Of a stretch of 64,000 bases of DNA, positions 54,697-64,000 are shown piece by piece; position 1 is the stretch's first letter, and every line of letters begins with the position of its first letter. Position numbers and translations under genes: made by a program. The DNA is taken from the NCBI GenBank assembly GCA_029864565.1, contig JAOTTD010000004.1, forward strand, positions 6,727-70,726. Direction: 5' to 3'. The DNA comes from Thermoplasmata archaeon. Its GTDB lineage: Archaea > Thermoplasmatota > Thermoplasmata > UBA10834. Below the pieces are notes generated by a model. The model was given only the letters and a program-made list of their open reading frames with translations, was not told the DNA's origin and did not search any database.

Positions 54697-55245
54697 CTAC
54701 GCGAGCTTGTCCATGTTCCTCATGAGGAGTGCCAGCTCCTTCTGGTCGAAGGCTCGCGAATCAACTGGCAGTATTAGCCTGCAGCCGCTCTGTGAGATGT
54801 GGTCGTTGACCTGGTCCACCATTCGGAGGACCTTCGTGAAGTCGTTGTTCGAAACGAGGTACTCGATCCCGTCCAGGATGATGATGCCATCGTCGGTGTC
54901 TTCCGCGAACTTTACGAGCATGTGCGCGAGTATGCCCAGGTTCGTAGGCGATATGACCTTGTCTCCCGTTCGCGTGGCCAGCCAGTAGACCGGCGTCTCC
55001 TCCAGTCCGTATTTCTCCTTGATGAGCTCCGGGTGCTGACGGGTCACCGCCAGGCCCGCAGTCTTCCCCTTGCCAGCTCCGGCATTCGTGGAAACGATGT
55101 TCACGAACGCATCGAAACTCATGTGTGGAGGAGACTCCTGCACGATGTAGGATCTCCCCGGCCTGAGATCGTACTTCCTCGATACGGACAGACGGGGCTC
55201 CTTCTGACTGAGTCTAGATTTGCTCTTCTTGAAGAAGAGACTCAT
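54697..55245 (-). CDS. Stand-alone DUF835 domain protein
   Basis: RSYIVQESPP..., GLAVTRQHPELIKEKYGL, PVYWLA and GIIILDGIEYLVSNNDFTKVLRMVDQVNDHISQSGCRLILPVD. It aligns block by block with the C-terminus of 36722-38563. Confidence 0.7.
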   Translation of the reverse strand: MSLFFKKSKSRLSQKEPRLSVSRKYDLRPGRSYIVQESPPHMSFDAFVNIVSTNAGAGKGKTAGLAVTRQHPELIKEKYGLEETPVYWLATRTGDKVISPTNLGILAHMLVKFAEDTDDGIIILDGIEYLVSNNDFTKVLRMVDQVNDHISQSGCRLILPVDSRAFDQKELALLMRNMDKLA

Positions 55246-55602
55246 CTAATCACTCCACATCGTGAGTACCGAACTGAGGGCGATCTCGTTCGTCGGTTTG
55301 AGCAGAAAATCCTTGGCCCCCGCCTCGAGGCTCTGCTGGATCAGCCTCTTGTTGATGATCGAGCTCATCGCGATGACCACCGCATCGGGGTTCATCGCAA
55401 GTATCTCCTTGGTAAGATCGACTCCTGACCGGTCAGGCAGTATCATGTCAACGAAGGTGAATCTCGGCCTCGATTCCTTGAACACACTGATCGCCCCCTT
55501 GAAATCGCCGGCTTCTACGACGTCGTGAAAGCCAGCTCTGACCAGGAGTTCTGTGAGAACTCTTCTGAAGGCCTCGGAATCGTCCACCACTAGTATCTTC
55601 AT
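55246..55602 (-). CDS. CheY-like response regulator receiver domain protein
   Basis: MKILVVDDSE, the phospho-acceptor context FVDMILPD, VIAMSS and DFLLKP. 118 aa with no output domain. The stop TAG is directly followed by the ATG of the DUF835 gene. Confidence 0.88.
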   Translation of the reverse strand: MKILVVDDSEAFRRVLTELLVRAGFHDVVEAGDFKGAISVFKESRPRFTFVDMILPDRSGVDLTKEILAMNPDAVVIAMSSIINKRLIQQSLEAGAKDFLLKPTNEIALSSVLTMWSD

Positions 55603-55938
55603 CGTACCATCCCACCTATTGACCTGTTAACACGCAACCCATAAATGACCTTTATCGTTCAAAGGCGAGGGGTGAGATGGGCAGGCAATCGTGTTCCTGG
55701 CGCCAGGCCCTTCCAGCTACTTGTTTTTGGAGCACGGCGGTCGGTGTTCGACCTGCGTGCTTACTTGGAAGGGACTTATAGGCTACCCATCTCGATAATT
55801 CTATTGGCAATCATGCGCCATAAAACTTGCCTTGGACCACTCGCAACACGAGCGTCTGTGGACAAACAGTTATATACTGGCACCGTCATACTTCGAATCG
55901 TATTTTAACTCACAAGTTTTCGCCGATGGTGTCATTTC

Positions 55939-56580
55939 ATGACAACGAATGAGGAGATAAAGAAGGGCACGACCACGATAGGCATCGTGTGTGAAGACGG
56001 AGTCGTCATGGCGACCGAGATGCGGGCGACCATGGGGACGCTGATTGCTCACAAGACCACACAGAAGCTGTTCAGGATAGATGGCAACCTGGGCCTCGCA
56101 GTCGCAGGGGTCGTTGGTGACGCCCAGTCTTTGGCCAGATACATCACGGCCGAGGTGGAGCTGTACAAGTTGAAGAGGGGGCAGCAGATGACTGTGAGAT
56201 CTGCAGCCACCTTGACTTCGAACATACTCGCAGGAAGCAGGTTCTACCCCTACTGGGTGGGCCTCATATTAGGTGGCGTCGACAAGGACGCAGGTCACGT
56301 CTACGCGTTGGACATGGTCGGAGGAGCGATTCCAGATGAATATGTCACGACGGGATCTGGCTCGCCATATGTCTATGGCGTGCTTGAGGACCACTACCAG
56401 AAGGGGCTATCGGTAAGTGACGGAATCGACCTGTCGATCAGGTCGCTACATGCTGCGATGAAGCGCGATTCGGCATCCGGGGATGGCATGTCTGTAGCTT
56501 CGATAAAAAGCGACGGATTCTCCTTCCTCGACGAGAAGGAGATTCACAAAAGACTAACCAAGATGAAGCTCTCATCCTGA
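55939..56580 (+). CDS. psmB: Proteasome subunit beta
   Basis: A short propeptide, then TTTIGIVCEDGVVMATEMRAT and GDAQ. Confidence 0.93.
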   Translation: MTTNEEIKKGTTTIGIVCEDGVVMATEMRATMGTLIAHKTTQKLFRIDGNLGLAVAGVVGDAQSLARYITAEVELYKLKRGQQMTVRSAATLTSNILAGSRFYPYWVGLILGGVDKDAGHVYALDMVGGAIPDEYVTTGSGSPYVYGVLEDHYQKGLSVSDGIDLSIRSLHAAMKRDSASGDGMSVASIKSDGFSFLDEKEIHKRLTKMKLSS

Positions 56581-56661
56581 GGCGTTCTTAGATTCAGTCA
56601 CATAAAGACGGCGCATAATCACCGAAGCACATTAGCCTACTAATCGAGTTGAGTGAAGCCA

Positions 56662-58575
56662 ATGGGCGTAGAGAAGATTCTAGAAGATGCAAGAGAAGCG
56701 GTAAAGAAGACGATACCATCGCACATCGAAGTAACGGAAATTGACTTCGAAGGCCCAGAGATAGTCATATACACCAAGAATCTGGACGAGTTCGCCAAGA
56801 ACAACGACCTCGTAAGACAGCTTGCGCAATCGCTTCGGCGGCGGGTCGCCATAAGGCCTGACCCATCGATGCTTGCGGACCCCTCGAGTGCCGAGGAGCA
56901 GATCCGCAAGATCATACCTGATGAGGCCAAGATCGTCAACATTTATTTCGAGGATGACACAGGCGAGGTGACGATCGAGGCGATATCACCTGGCCTCGTG
57001 ATAGGAAAGCATGGTGCGATTCTTAACGAAATCAAGAAGGAGATCGGCTGGGCTCCGAAGGTCGTCAGAGCGCCGCCGATACCCTCCAAGACTGTCAGCG
57101 AAATACGCAACTACTTGAGGAAGGTGCAGGACGAGAGGAAGGATTTCCTGAAGAAAGTCGGACGGCGTCTCATGCGCCAGCGCATGAACGATGAGACCTG
57201 GCTACGAGTTACAGCACTCGGAGGTTTCAGGGAGGTCGGGAGGAGCGCGTCACTGCTTTCCACGAGGGAGAGCAAGGTCCTGATAGATTGTGGCGTGGCT
57301 GTGTCCGCAGATGACAATGGTTCGACGCCATATCTGAGCGCCCCAGAGTTGTTTCCGCTGGACACGCTCGACGCCGTTGTGATAACACATGCTCATCTGG
57401 ACCATTCAGGACTCGTGCCAGTTCTTTACAAGTACGAGTACGATGGACCGATCTACTGCACTCCGCCGACAAGAGACTTGATGTCACTGCTTCAGCTCGA
57501 CTTCATCAAGGTGGCGGTCGGCGAAGGCAAGAAGGCTCCGTATGAGTCATCGCACATCCGAGACGCCGTCGTGCACTGCATACCGTTAAAATACGGCGAG
57601 ACTACGGACATATCGCCTGATGTCAGGCTGACTCTACAGAACGCTGGCCACATTCTAGGATCATCGATAGCGCATTTCCACGTCGGTGATGGTCTGTACA
57701 ACATAGCATTCACAGGCGACATCAAATTCGAGAAATCATGGCTCTTCAACGCCTCGGTGAACAAGTTCCCACGCCTTGAGACGCTGGTCATAGAGTCCAC
57801 CTACGGCGGCTATCGCGACATGCAGCCGAGCCGTCAGGAGGCGGCCAACCAGATCAAGGAAGTCGTCCGAGCGACGCTCGCCCGTGGCGGTAAGGTGCTG
57901 GTGCCAGTTTTCGCAGTCGGGAGGTCCCAAGAAGTCATGCTCGTGCTCGAGGAGCTGATGAGGAATCATCACATACACACGGTTCCCATCTACCTGGACG
58001 GAATGATTTGGGAGGCCACTGCAATACATACTGCATACCCTGAGTACCTAAACAGCCAGCTCAGGACACAGATATTCCAGATGGGAGAGAACCCGTTCCT
58101 TTCCGAGATATTCAAGAGAGTCGACAGCCCGGACATGCGGGAGAGGATATGCCATGACCCGGAACCATGCATAGTCTTGGCGACGAGCGGCATGATGAAC
58201 GGCGGACCGGTCATGGAGTACTTCAAATCCTGGTGCGACGAACCGAACAACACGATAGTCTTCGTGGGTTTCCAAGCGGACGGCACGATGGGCAGGAAGA
58301 TTCAGAAGGGATGGAGCGACATCACGCTCAACGAGCGCGGAAAGCAGCTGTCCCTGAAGATGAAGATGGACACCGAGACGGTCGACGGATTCTCAGGACA
58401 CTCTGACCGCAGGCAACTGGTCAACTACGTAAGCACCCTTGAGCCACGGCCTGAGAGGATTATCATCGGCCACGGCGACGACCATAAGTGCTCAGACCTG
58501 GCCAGTGCCCTGTACAAGAAGTTTGGCATAGAGACCCGTGCCCCATTGAACCTCGAGACAATCCGTCTGAAGTGA
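56662..58575 (+). CDS. Archaeal CPSF1-type beta-CASP ribonuclease with N-terminal KH domains (aCPSF1/FttA)
   Basis: Two KH-like segments (GPEIVIYTKN; GLVIGKHGAILNEIK), the MBL motif ITHAHLDHSG and beta-CASP motifs. About 637 aa. Confidence 0.92.
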   Translation: MGVEKILEDAREAVKKTIPSHIEVTEIDFEGPEIVIYTKNLDEFAKNNDLVRQLAQSLRRRVAIRPDPSMLADPSSAEEQIRKIIPDEAKIVNIYFEDDTGEVTIEAISPGLVIGKHGAILNEIKKEIGWAPKVVRAPPIPSKTVSEIRNYLRKVQDERKDFLKKVGRRLMRQRMNDETWLRVTALGGFREVGRSASLLSTRESKVLIDCGVAVSADDNGSTPYLSAPELFPLDTLDAVVITHAHLDHSGLVPVLYKYEYDGPIYCTPPTRDLMSLLQLDFIKVAVGEGKKAPYESSHIRDAVVHCIPLKYGETTDISPDVRLTLQNAGHILGSSIAHFHVGDGLYNIAFTGDIKFEKSWLFNASVNKFPRLETLVIESTYGGYRDMQPSRQEAANQIKEVVRATLARGGKVLVPVFAVGRSQEVMLVLEELMRNHHIHTVPIYLDGMIWEATAIHTAYPEYLNSQLRTQIFQMGENPFLSEIFKRVDSPDMRERICHDPEPCIVLATSGMMNGGPVMEYFKSWCDEPNNTIVFVGFQADGTMGRKIQKGWSDITLNERGKQLSLKMKMDTETVDGFSGHSDRRQLVNYVSTLEPRPERIIIGHGDDHKCSDLASALYKKFGIETRAPLNLETIRLK

Positions 58576-58578
58576 CGC

Positions 58579-59511
58579 TCATCTCAACGCGATCCTAGGC
58601 CGCGATCCCTTTTCTCCGAGGAGGACCACGCGACTGTCCTCCCTTTCCATTATGAGTTCGAGGGACATGCGTTCAGCGATTCGCTTCGAGAACTCCCTGA
58701 CCTTCGAGTGTGAGGGCATGTTTGCCATGGTCATCCTCGACCTCGAGTCGCCAACGAACACATACCCTTTCGGCTCGATAAATGTCGGATCGGCAATCTC
58801 ATCTAGCTTCGCGTATTCATCCTCCCAGCCAAGGTTCCACCCGTCCACGAGCGTGTGGCGCACGACCACGCGCGTATCCAAGGATGGAAGGAGGGCGAGG
58901 GTCTCCTTGAGGCTGTCCCAGGCCCTCGATGACTGAGGAACGCAGAGTCGCTCGAACAATTCCCGATTCGGCGCCGCGACAGTGACATAGAGCTGCGTCG
59001 GCAGCGTGCTGAGGTTCTCGATGGCTTTTGGCACTGAGCCATTGGTCACCAGGAAGGTCGTCATGCCCCTTCGTTCGCACAGTCCGATGAATTCTCCCAG
59101 ATGCGGATAGAGAGTGGGCTCGCCCGAAAGGGAAATCGCCACCTGGTTTGGCAGCCTAGCCTCCTCCCACATCCCGGGGTCGCACCTGCTATCGCCTTTG
59201 AATCCTGATACCAGCAGCCTCTGCTCTCTGATGCACCCCTCTAGCAGCGCTTCCGGTTCGAGACATTCCGAGCCCTCGAATCCGGTCATTCCGTGGAAGC
59301 GCCAGCAAAAGAGACATCTGAAGTTGCATATGTTCACAGATGGTGTCATCTGCAGGCATTTATGAGACTCGACACCGTAGAACTCTTCCTTGTAGCAGGG
59401 CCTGCCGTAAATCAGCTTCTGCCTCATCCAATGACAGAGCTTGACTGCTCCTGTGCCACCGACTATGCGATATTGTTGCTTTTCCAGCTGATTCAACGCA
59501 CTCGTGGCCAA
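58579..59511 (-). CDS. taw1: tRNA 4-demethylwyosine synthase (radical SAM, Taw1/TYW1)
   Basis: The radical-SAM cluster CNFRCLFCW, preceded by KLCHWMRQKL and SHKCLQMTP. About 310 aa. Confidence 0.88.
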   Translation of the reverse strand: MATSALNQLEKQQYRIVGGTGAVKLCHWMRQKLIYGRPCYKEEFYGVESHKCLQMTPSVNICNFRCLFCWRFHGMTGFEGSECLEPEALLEGCIREQRLLVSGFKGDSRCDPGMWEEARLPNQVAISLSGEPTLYPHLGEFIGLCERRGMTTFLVTNGSVPKAIENLSTLPTQLYVTVAAPNRELFERLCVPQSSRAWDSLKETLALLPSLDTRVVVRHTLVDGWNLGWEDEYAKLDEIADPTFIEPKGYVFVGDSRSRMTMANMPSHSKVREFSKRIAERMSLELIMEREDSRVVLLGEKGSRPRIALR

Positions 59512-59526
59512 GGCCGAGCAACCCCC

Positions 59527-60918
59527 CTAGAAATCCGCAAGGCTTCGTGATTTGCGCCCATTGCTCTTGCCGCTCGCTTCCTTCCGCTGGAGGAATCCTT
59601 CACCCGAGCTCATTCGTCTAATGTTGGCCATGGCATCACTGACTTCTTCGGAGCCGGGATCGGTTCCCAGAAGATAGGCGATGTCTCCTTCATCCAGACT
59701 CGCCTCCGCGCCAATGCTGGCGAGCAGTTCTTCATCCAGCTTCACCATGGTCGACAGGTAAGGCAGTACCGAACTGCCCACGCGTTTGACTGACGTGTGA
59801 AGGATGGGAGATAGTTTCGAACACAGCGCTGCCCGCGACGCCCGGATGGATTTGGAGCGAGACATCACGATGAGGTAGCTTGGAAAGCCATACCTGGATT
59901 TGCGTTGCCTTCTCCCGCCTTCGCGCGCAAGAGAGACTCCGGCGGTCATCAACTCCTTCGCGTATGACCAGAGACCGTAATGTTGTAGCATCCGAGTTCG
60001 TCTCAGGTATATGTCCGACCGGGATAGGGCGTCGAAGGCAGCAGCCATCTCGGACGGCGTTTTGAACTCCTGCGGTATGCTCTCTTCGACCCAAAGTATC
60101 AGCTCATCCGGAGTCTTGTCTAAGTTCAGGGTAGCGTTCCTAGCATCCTTGACAGAAGTGGCTTCGAACATATCGTCCAGGGCAATCTGGAGCTCCACTT
60201 CCTGATTCCTCTCGCCCAACGCGTCGGCGTCGCCCACGCCGATGCTCTGCCGGCCTTCGATGAGCATCTGCAGATCGTTTATCGCCCCTCTCATGTCGCC
60301 GCCAGCGTTTATCGCCACCTTCTCGAGCACCGCCGCGTCCACATCAAGCCCTTCCTCTGAGCATATGCCCGCCAGCACCCCGATAACGGATTTATCCCAG
60401 AGCCTGGAGAAGTTAACCTTCTCGGCCAGAGTCTTTACGGCCGATGCTTTTCTGGTTAGAGCGTAGTAATCGTTCACGATGAGGATTATGGGCTGACTAG
60501 TCTCTCTCAGCGTCTCGCTTATCGCCTTGGCTCCGCCGTAGTCCTCCCTCCCGAAAAGGTTGTCAGCCTCGTCGAGCACAATCAGCTTTCGTTTGCCCTC
60601 CGCGGTTGTCAGAAACTCCCCGCTTTCCGAGAACGTCTGGCTTATAGAACCGATCCCCGCAACTCGCCTTATCGATTCGGCGTTTCTGTGGTCGGATGCA
60701 TTCATCTCGATTATATCCCATCCGTAGTCGTTCGCCAGCGCGAGAGCGGAACTCGTCTTGCCTGTTCCAGGCTCGCCGCTCAGCACAAGTGCCTTCTTTC
60801 TTGGGATGCCGTTCTTCCAGGAGTCCGCCCACCGCCTCATGGACCGAACCGCATTGTCATTACCCTCAACCTGGGATAGAGACGTCGGCCTATACTTCTC
60901 AGTCCACTCTTCGCTCAT
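59527..60918 (-). CDS. rfcL: Replication factor C large subunit
   Basis: WTEKYRPTSLSQVEGN, Walker A LSGEPGTGKTSSALALA, and LDEADNL. ORF track start 60939; the Met at 60918 is likelier. Confidence 0.9.
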   Translation of the reverse strand: MSEEWTEKYRPTSLSQVEGNDNAVRSMRRWADSWKNGIPRKKALVLSGEPGTGKTSSALALANDYGWDIIEMNASDHRNAESIRRVAGIGSISQTFSESGEFLTTAEGKRKLIVLDEADNLFGREDYGGAKAISETLRETSQPIILIVNDYYALTRKASAVKTLAEKVNFSRLWDKSVIGVLAGICSEEGLDVDAAVLEKVAINAGGDMRGAINDLQMLIEGRQSIGVGDADALGERNQEVELQIALDDMFEATSVKDARNATLNLDKTPDELILWVEESIPQEFKTPSEMAAAFDALSRSDIYLRRTRMLQHYGLWSYAKELMTAGVSLAREGGRRQRKSRYGFPSYLIVMSRSKSIRASRAALCSKLSPILHTSVKRVGSSVLPYLSTMVKLDEELLASIGAEASLDEGDIAYLLGTDPGSEEVSDAMANIRRMSSGEGFLQRKEASGKSNGRKSRSLADF

Positions 60919-61066
60919 CTTCTTGAGATGTATAGACAACCTGTATTATAGAATGACACCGAGGGAGGTGAAGCGTGGCAAAACTGCGACTGAAATCGCG
61001 ATGAACAGCACGCAAGTGTAAAAGTATCTGTGGAAGATGTTTGAGATTAATGTTTTTATGTACCAG

Positions 61067-61942
61067 CTAAACATCACCCGAGACGATGTAATAACTCGTG
61101 TGGCTGGAAGCCATCTCGCCGGACGTTTTGTCCGAGTCATCCAAGCGCTCCTTGCTGTCCGATATCTCCATGCCTGGTAGTCTGTGCTTGGAGTATTCCT
61201 CCTTGCGATCGTCGATATCCATAGTTAGGTATATCGCCGTGACTTCTATGCTGGAGTGTCCCAGGTTTTGCTGGAGCGTTCTTAGGTCTATGCCTGATTT
61301 CAACGCGTGAACCGCATGAGTATGCCGCAACACGTGCGGATGCCTCTTGTCTTTATCCAGACCGACTTCGGACCCATACTTGTGTATGAGCCGTTCTATC
61401 TGGCGTCTGGACAGTGGTCCTCGTTTGTTCGATACGAAGAGCGGGTCCTTCCTGTTCTTACGTGTACCGATGTAGTCGCGCAGCATCGTCTTGGTCCAAC
61501 CATTGACGATAGGCACCTTGCGTCCCTCGCGATGCCTCTTCGCATGCTGAACCGTGATCTCGCCCGACTCAAGATCCACGTCACCAATTGTCAAGGCCGC
61601 TAACTCGCCGACCCGTATCCCGGTCTCGTATAGCATCTTGATGATCAAGCGGTCTCGCATGCGCCTAGGCGCCTCGAGCAAGCTTTTCAATTCTCCTTCC
61701 TTGAGATACTTTCGCATGGCGGGTCCCATCCCTTGAATCATGCAGACGAATGTCCGACAATCAATCGATTTGTGCCTATTTAAAAATGTCGTATTTTCCG
61801 GCGAAAACGCCCTGGGGCGCGACACTCCCTTCGGTAACCCCCAAAAAGCGTCAACAAATGCCCTATTTGTTGCCGTTTCCTGCCAATCGACCTTCTCATT
61901 TGCCTTATCCAGATGTAGAAGGCGACACAAAGCATGATACAA
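61067..61942 (-). CDS. Tyrosine recombinase / integrase (Xer-like catalytic domain, short atypical N-terminus)
   Basis: The catalytic set is readable: ETGIRVGE (Arg), HVLRHTHA (His-x-x-Arg), GHSSIEVT (His) and AIYL (Tyr). Confidence 0.8.
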   Translation of the reverse strand: MYHALCRLLHLDKANEKVDWQETATNRAFVDAFWGLPKGVSRPRAFSPENTTFLNRHKSIDCRTFVCMIQGMGPAMRKYLKEGELKSLLEAPRRMRDRLIIKMLYETGIRVGELAALTIGDVDLESGEITVQHAKRHREGRKVPIVNGWTKTMLRDYIGTRKNRKDPLFVSNKRGPLSRRQIERLIHKYGSEVGLDKDKRHPHVLRHTHAVHALKSGIDLRTLQQNLGHSSIEVTAIYLTMDIDDRKEEYSKHRLPGMEISDSKERLDDSDKTSGEMASSHTSYYIVSGDV

Positions 61943-63137
61943 TATAGCACGGTAGCTGAGAAAATCTCTAAATCACCTGGAAGTTACAGGCAAAAAGCAT
62001 CGATCAGGCAAGGATTTCGACCCATTGCCCCTTTAGGGGCAATACAGACGATGGTAAGAGTATCTTCCACTGCTACTATATATGTCGGTTGCGCGTTAGG
62101 CGTTGTTTGTCTACCATTGACATAAACTTTCGTCCGACGACGGCAGACGGCGTGCCATGTCATAACACGACACTCGCATTTCGACGATTTGATTTGCCAA
62201 ACTAGAAAGATCAGTGCAATTCTCGCACAAAAGAAGCGCGTGAACAATAGCGGATTATTCCGAGCATTCCTCGGCTGATTGCGTTTCAAATGGACAAGCC
62301 AGATATATATCACATGACATCGAAATTAATATTGAAGAACTAAGAGAGCCTTGGGATTCTACACTTCGAGAAGGAGCTCGGCCCCTTCGGTGATCAGGTG
62401 CGGCAAAATTGTTGTAGATAAATTAACAGTGGCAGCAACGATACAGACGCATAATATTTACCTCTGAGATATACCGATAGCCGAAAACCAGCAGGAATAG
62501 TACAAAAAATGTACATTCCGTAGATGCGAATGGAAGCAGAAGATGCGCATCTAAGTCTGAAGATTCAGCACCCCGGTGTTCGCAGAAGACGGAGCAAAGA
62601 TCGCCTAGTCAAACGGAGTGCAAACCGTAAGGAACCGGCACGCGGAAATCTGTGAATTAGGTACATCCTCTTATGCCCCGTTAGCGGAGCCAGGTTGAGC
62701 GCCATCGTGCTCGATATCTCTCTCGAGATGAGGCGCCCGAAACGCGATAGCCTGAGTGGGCAGCTCACATTAAACGTCGTTGGGGGCTCATGGAAATCGC
62801 ACATCCCAGATATCGTGTTTGAATGTGCAACATATTGCAGTGTTCTCGACGCCGTAGTATCGATTGCAGTGGAAACGATTGTCTGCAAATATGTCGAAGG
62901 CTGGAGCTGATTCAATTCGCATTCAGTAACAACCGTAGGACGCGGAAATCTGGTTCAACCAAGCGATATCTCACGACAGTTCACAGCATTTATGCGCTCG
63001 CCTCTCCCGGAATGGTGGGGACGAATTATAGAACTGAAAAACAGGAGAAGCTGCTCGGATTTGGAGGAGTGGAATTCAAAGCGAGACACTCTCGATGACC
63101 GGATTCCAGGAATGGTTCCTGAGACTGACGCAGCAAT

Positions 63138-63176
63138 AGAAAAATGAAAAGAAAGGGGGCTAAAATCTGCCCCCTT
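63138..63176 (-). terminator. Hairpin plus T-rich tail downstream of the thermosome gene
   Basis: Minus-strand reading is AAGGGGGC-AGATTTTA-GCCCCCTT followed by TCTTTTCATTTTTC. It begins 14 nt after the stop codon. Confidence 0.5.
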
Positions 63177-63189
63177 GGAGAGTTTGCCT

Positions 63190-64000
63190 TCACATCATGC
63201 CTGGAGGCATGCCACCCATGCCACCCATACCGCCCATGCCTCCGCCTGGAGGAGCCTTCATGTCGGACGGGCTCATCTTCTTGGACGCTATGACATCGTC
63301 GATCCTAAGGACCATCGACGCCACCTCAGTCGCGGACTCTATGGCCTGCCTCTTGACCCTCAGAGGCTCGATTACGTTGGCCTTCATCATGTCGGAAACC
63401 TTGTTCTTCATTACGTCCACGCCAAACGCCTTCCCGCCCTTCTTCGTGTGAGCGTTCTTCAACTCGATGAGCACGTTAATCGCATCCATTCCAGCGTTCT
63501 CGGCAAGGGTCCAGGGGATGACCTCCAGAGCCTCTGCGAACGCCTCAATTGCGAGTTGCTCACGGCCGCCAACGCTCTGCCCGTAGTCACGCAGTCTCAG
63601 TGACAGCTCTATCTCTGAGGATCCTCCGCCCGAAACCACAACGCCGTCCTCGATTGACACTGAAACGACCTTGAGCGCATCGTGCAATGCGCGCTCCGCC
63701 TCGTCGACAACATGCTCCGTACCACCTCTAACCAGCACCGAAACCGCCTTCGGATTCCTGCATCCAGTCACGAAAGTCATGTCGGAGTCTCCGATCTTGA
63801 CTTCCTCCACCGTCTGCGCCTTTCCCAGCTCGGAAGGGGAGAGGTCGTCGAGGTTAGTCACTACCTTGCCGCCAGTTGCCTTGGCCAGCTTCTCCATGTC
63901 GGACCTCTTGACGCGCCTGACGGCGTACAGACCTTCCTTAGCCATGTAGTGCTGCGCGAGGTCATCGATACCCTTCTCGCACATGACTACGTTCGCGCCG
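63190..64000 (-). CDS. ths: Thermosome (group II chaperonin) subunit, C-terminal part; the N-terminus lies right of the window
   Basis: [29 protein letters not shown] and the C-terminal [12 protein letters not shown] tail. The frame stays open to position 64000. Confidence 0.93.
   Translation of the reverse strand, partial: GANVVMCEKGIDDLAQHYMAKEGLYAVRRVKRSDMEKLAKATGGKVVTNLDDLSPSELGKAQTVEEVKIGDSDMTFVTGCRNPKAVSVLVRGGTEHVVDEAERALHDALKVVSVSIEDGVVVSGGGSSEIELSLRLRDYGQSVGGREQLAIEAFAEALEVIPWTLAENAGMDAINVLIELKNAHTKKGGKAFGVDVMKNKVSDMMKANVIEPLRVKRQAIESATEVASMVLRIDDVIASKKMSPSDMKAPPGGGMGGMGGMGGMPPGMM

Noticed and set aside
50551-55602. Reading the in-frame TAG codons at 51088-51090 and 55246-55248 as pyrrolysine (as in Pyl-using methanogens)
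   Set aside because: TAG is used as an ordinary stop by many confident genes in this window, for example 1371-1592, 4907-5776, 12243-13025, 23398-26028, 28471-30069 and 34014-34697. There is therefore no sign of amber-codon avoidance. Both TAGs are also followed immediately by ATG, which fits separate initiation.
55930-55944. Inverted repeat TGTCAT-TTC-ATGACA overlapping the psmB start codon
   Set aside because: Six-nt arms are expected by chance many times in a window this size. There is no second copy and no supporting context.
61031-62073. Nine-nt inverted match (ATCTTCCAC / GTGGAAGAT) on either side of the recombinase gene, considered as terminal inverted repeats or att sites
   Set aside because: Nine-mers recur by chance within a 1-2 kb span, and the match does not extend on either side.
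63197-63245. Short nucleotide periodicity (CATGCC / CCCATGCC repeats)
   Set aside because: It encodes the [13 protein letters not shown]-terminal tail typical of thermosome subunits. It is not a non-coding tandem repeat or a CRISPR array.

Overview
This is an archaeal chromosomal segment, mid-50s % GC by eye. The archaeal assignment rests on the gene set: SRP54 plus SRP (7S) RNA, a group II chaperonin (thermosome), proteasome beta, aCPSF1, RFC large subunit, the S19e / PDCD5-like / L39e / L31e / aIF6 cluster, TrmY, Taw1, MptE, archaeal LeuRS and the porGDAB genes. It is probably a euryarchaeote, possibly Thermoplasmata-like, but I cannot fix the lineage from this window. All family calls come from reading the translations and recalling motifs; no searches were run.

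I call about 65 protein genes, 2 tRNAs (Ala-CGC, Leu-TAG) and 1 SRP RNA. There is no rRNA and no CRISPR array. Most of the window is housekeeping.

Observations worth a second look:
1. An accessory patch at 11.6-18.7 kb, directly behind tRNA-Ala. The tRNA 3' end is repeated exactly twice more, about 100-nt repeats keep a hairpin through compensatory changes, and a roughly 25-nt motif recurs six times. Together these cut the region into small gene cassettes with no integrase.
2. A tandem ribbon-helix-helix protein directly upstream of an FtsZ/tubulin homolog that has only the N-terminal GTPase domain.
3. An archaeal type IV pilus-like locus (49.1-54.7 kb) next to a CheY receiver and DUF835 pair. 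A second DUF835 protein is fused to a sensor-like membrane region and a C4HC3 zinc module.
4. Two gene junctions of the form in-frame TAG followed directly by ATG.
5. A 1.2-kb AT-rich region without credible genes beside a tyrosine recombinase, carrying short iterated motifs.

Start codons are often uncertain because the ORF track gives longest ORFs. Where conserved N-termini suggested an internal start, I shortened the call and said so.
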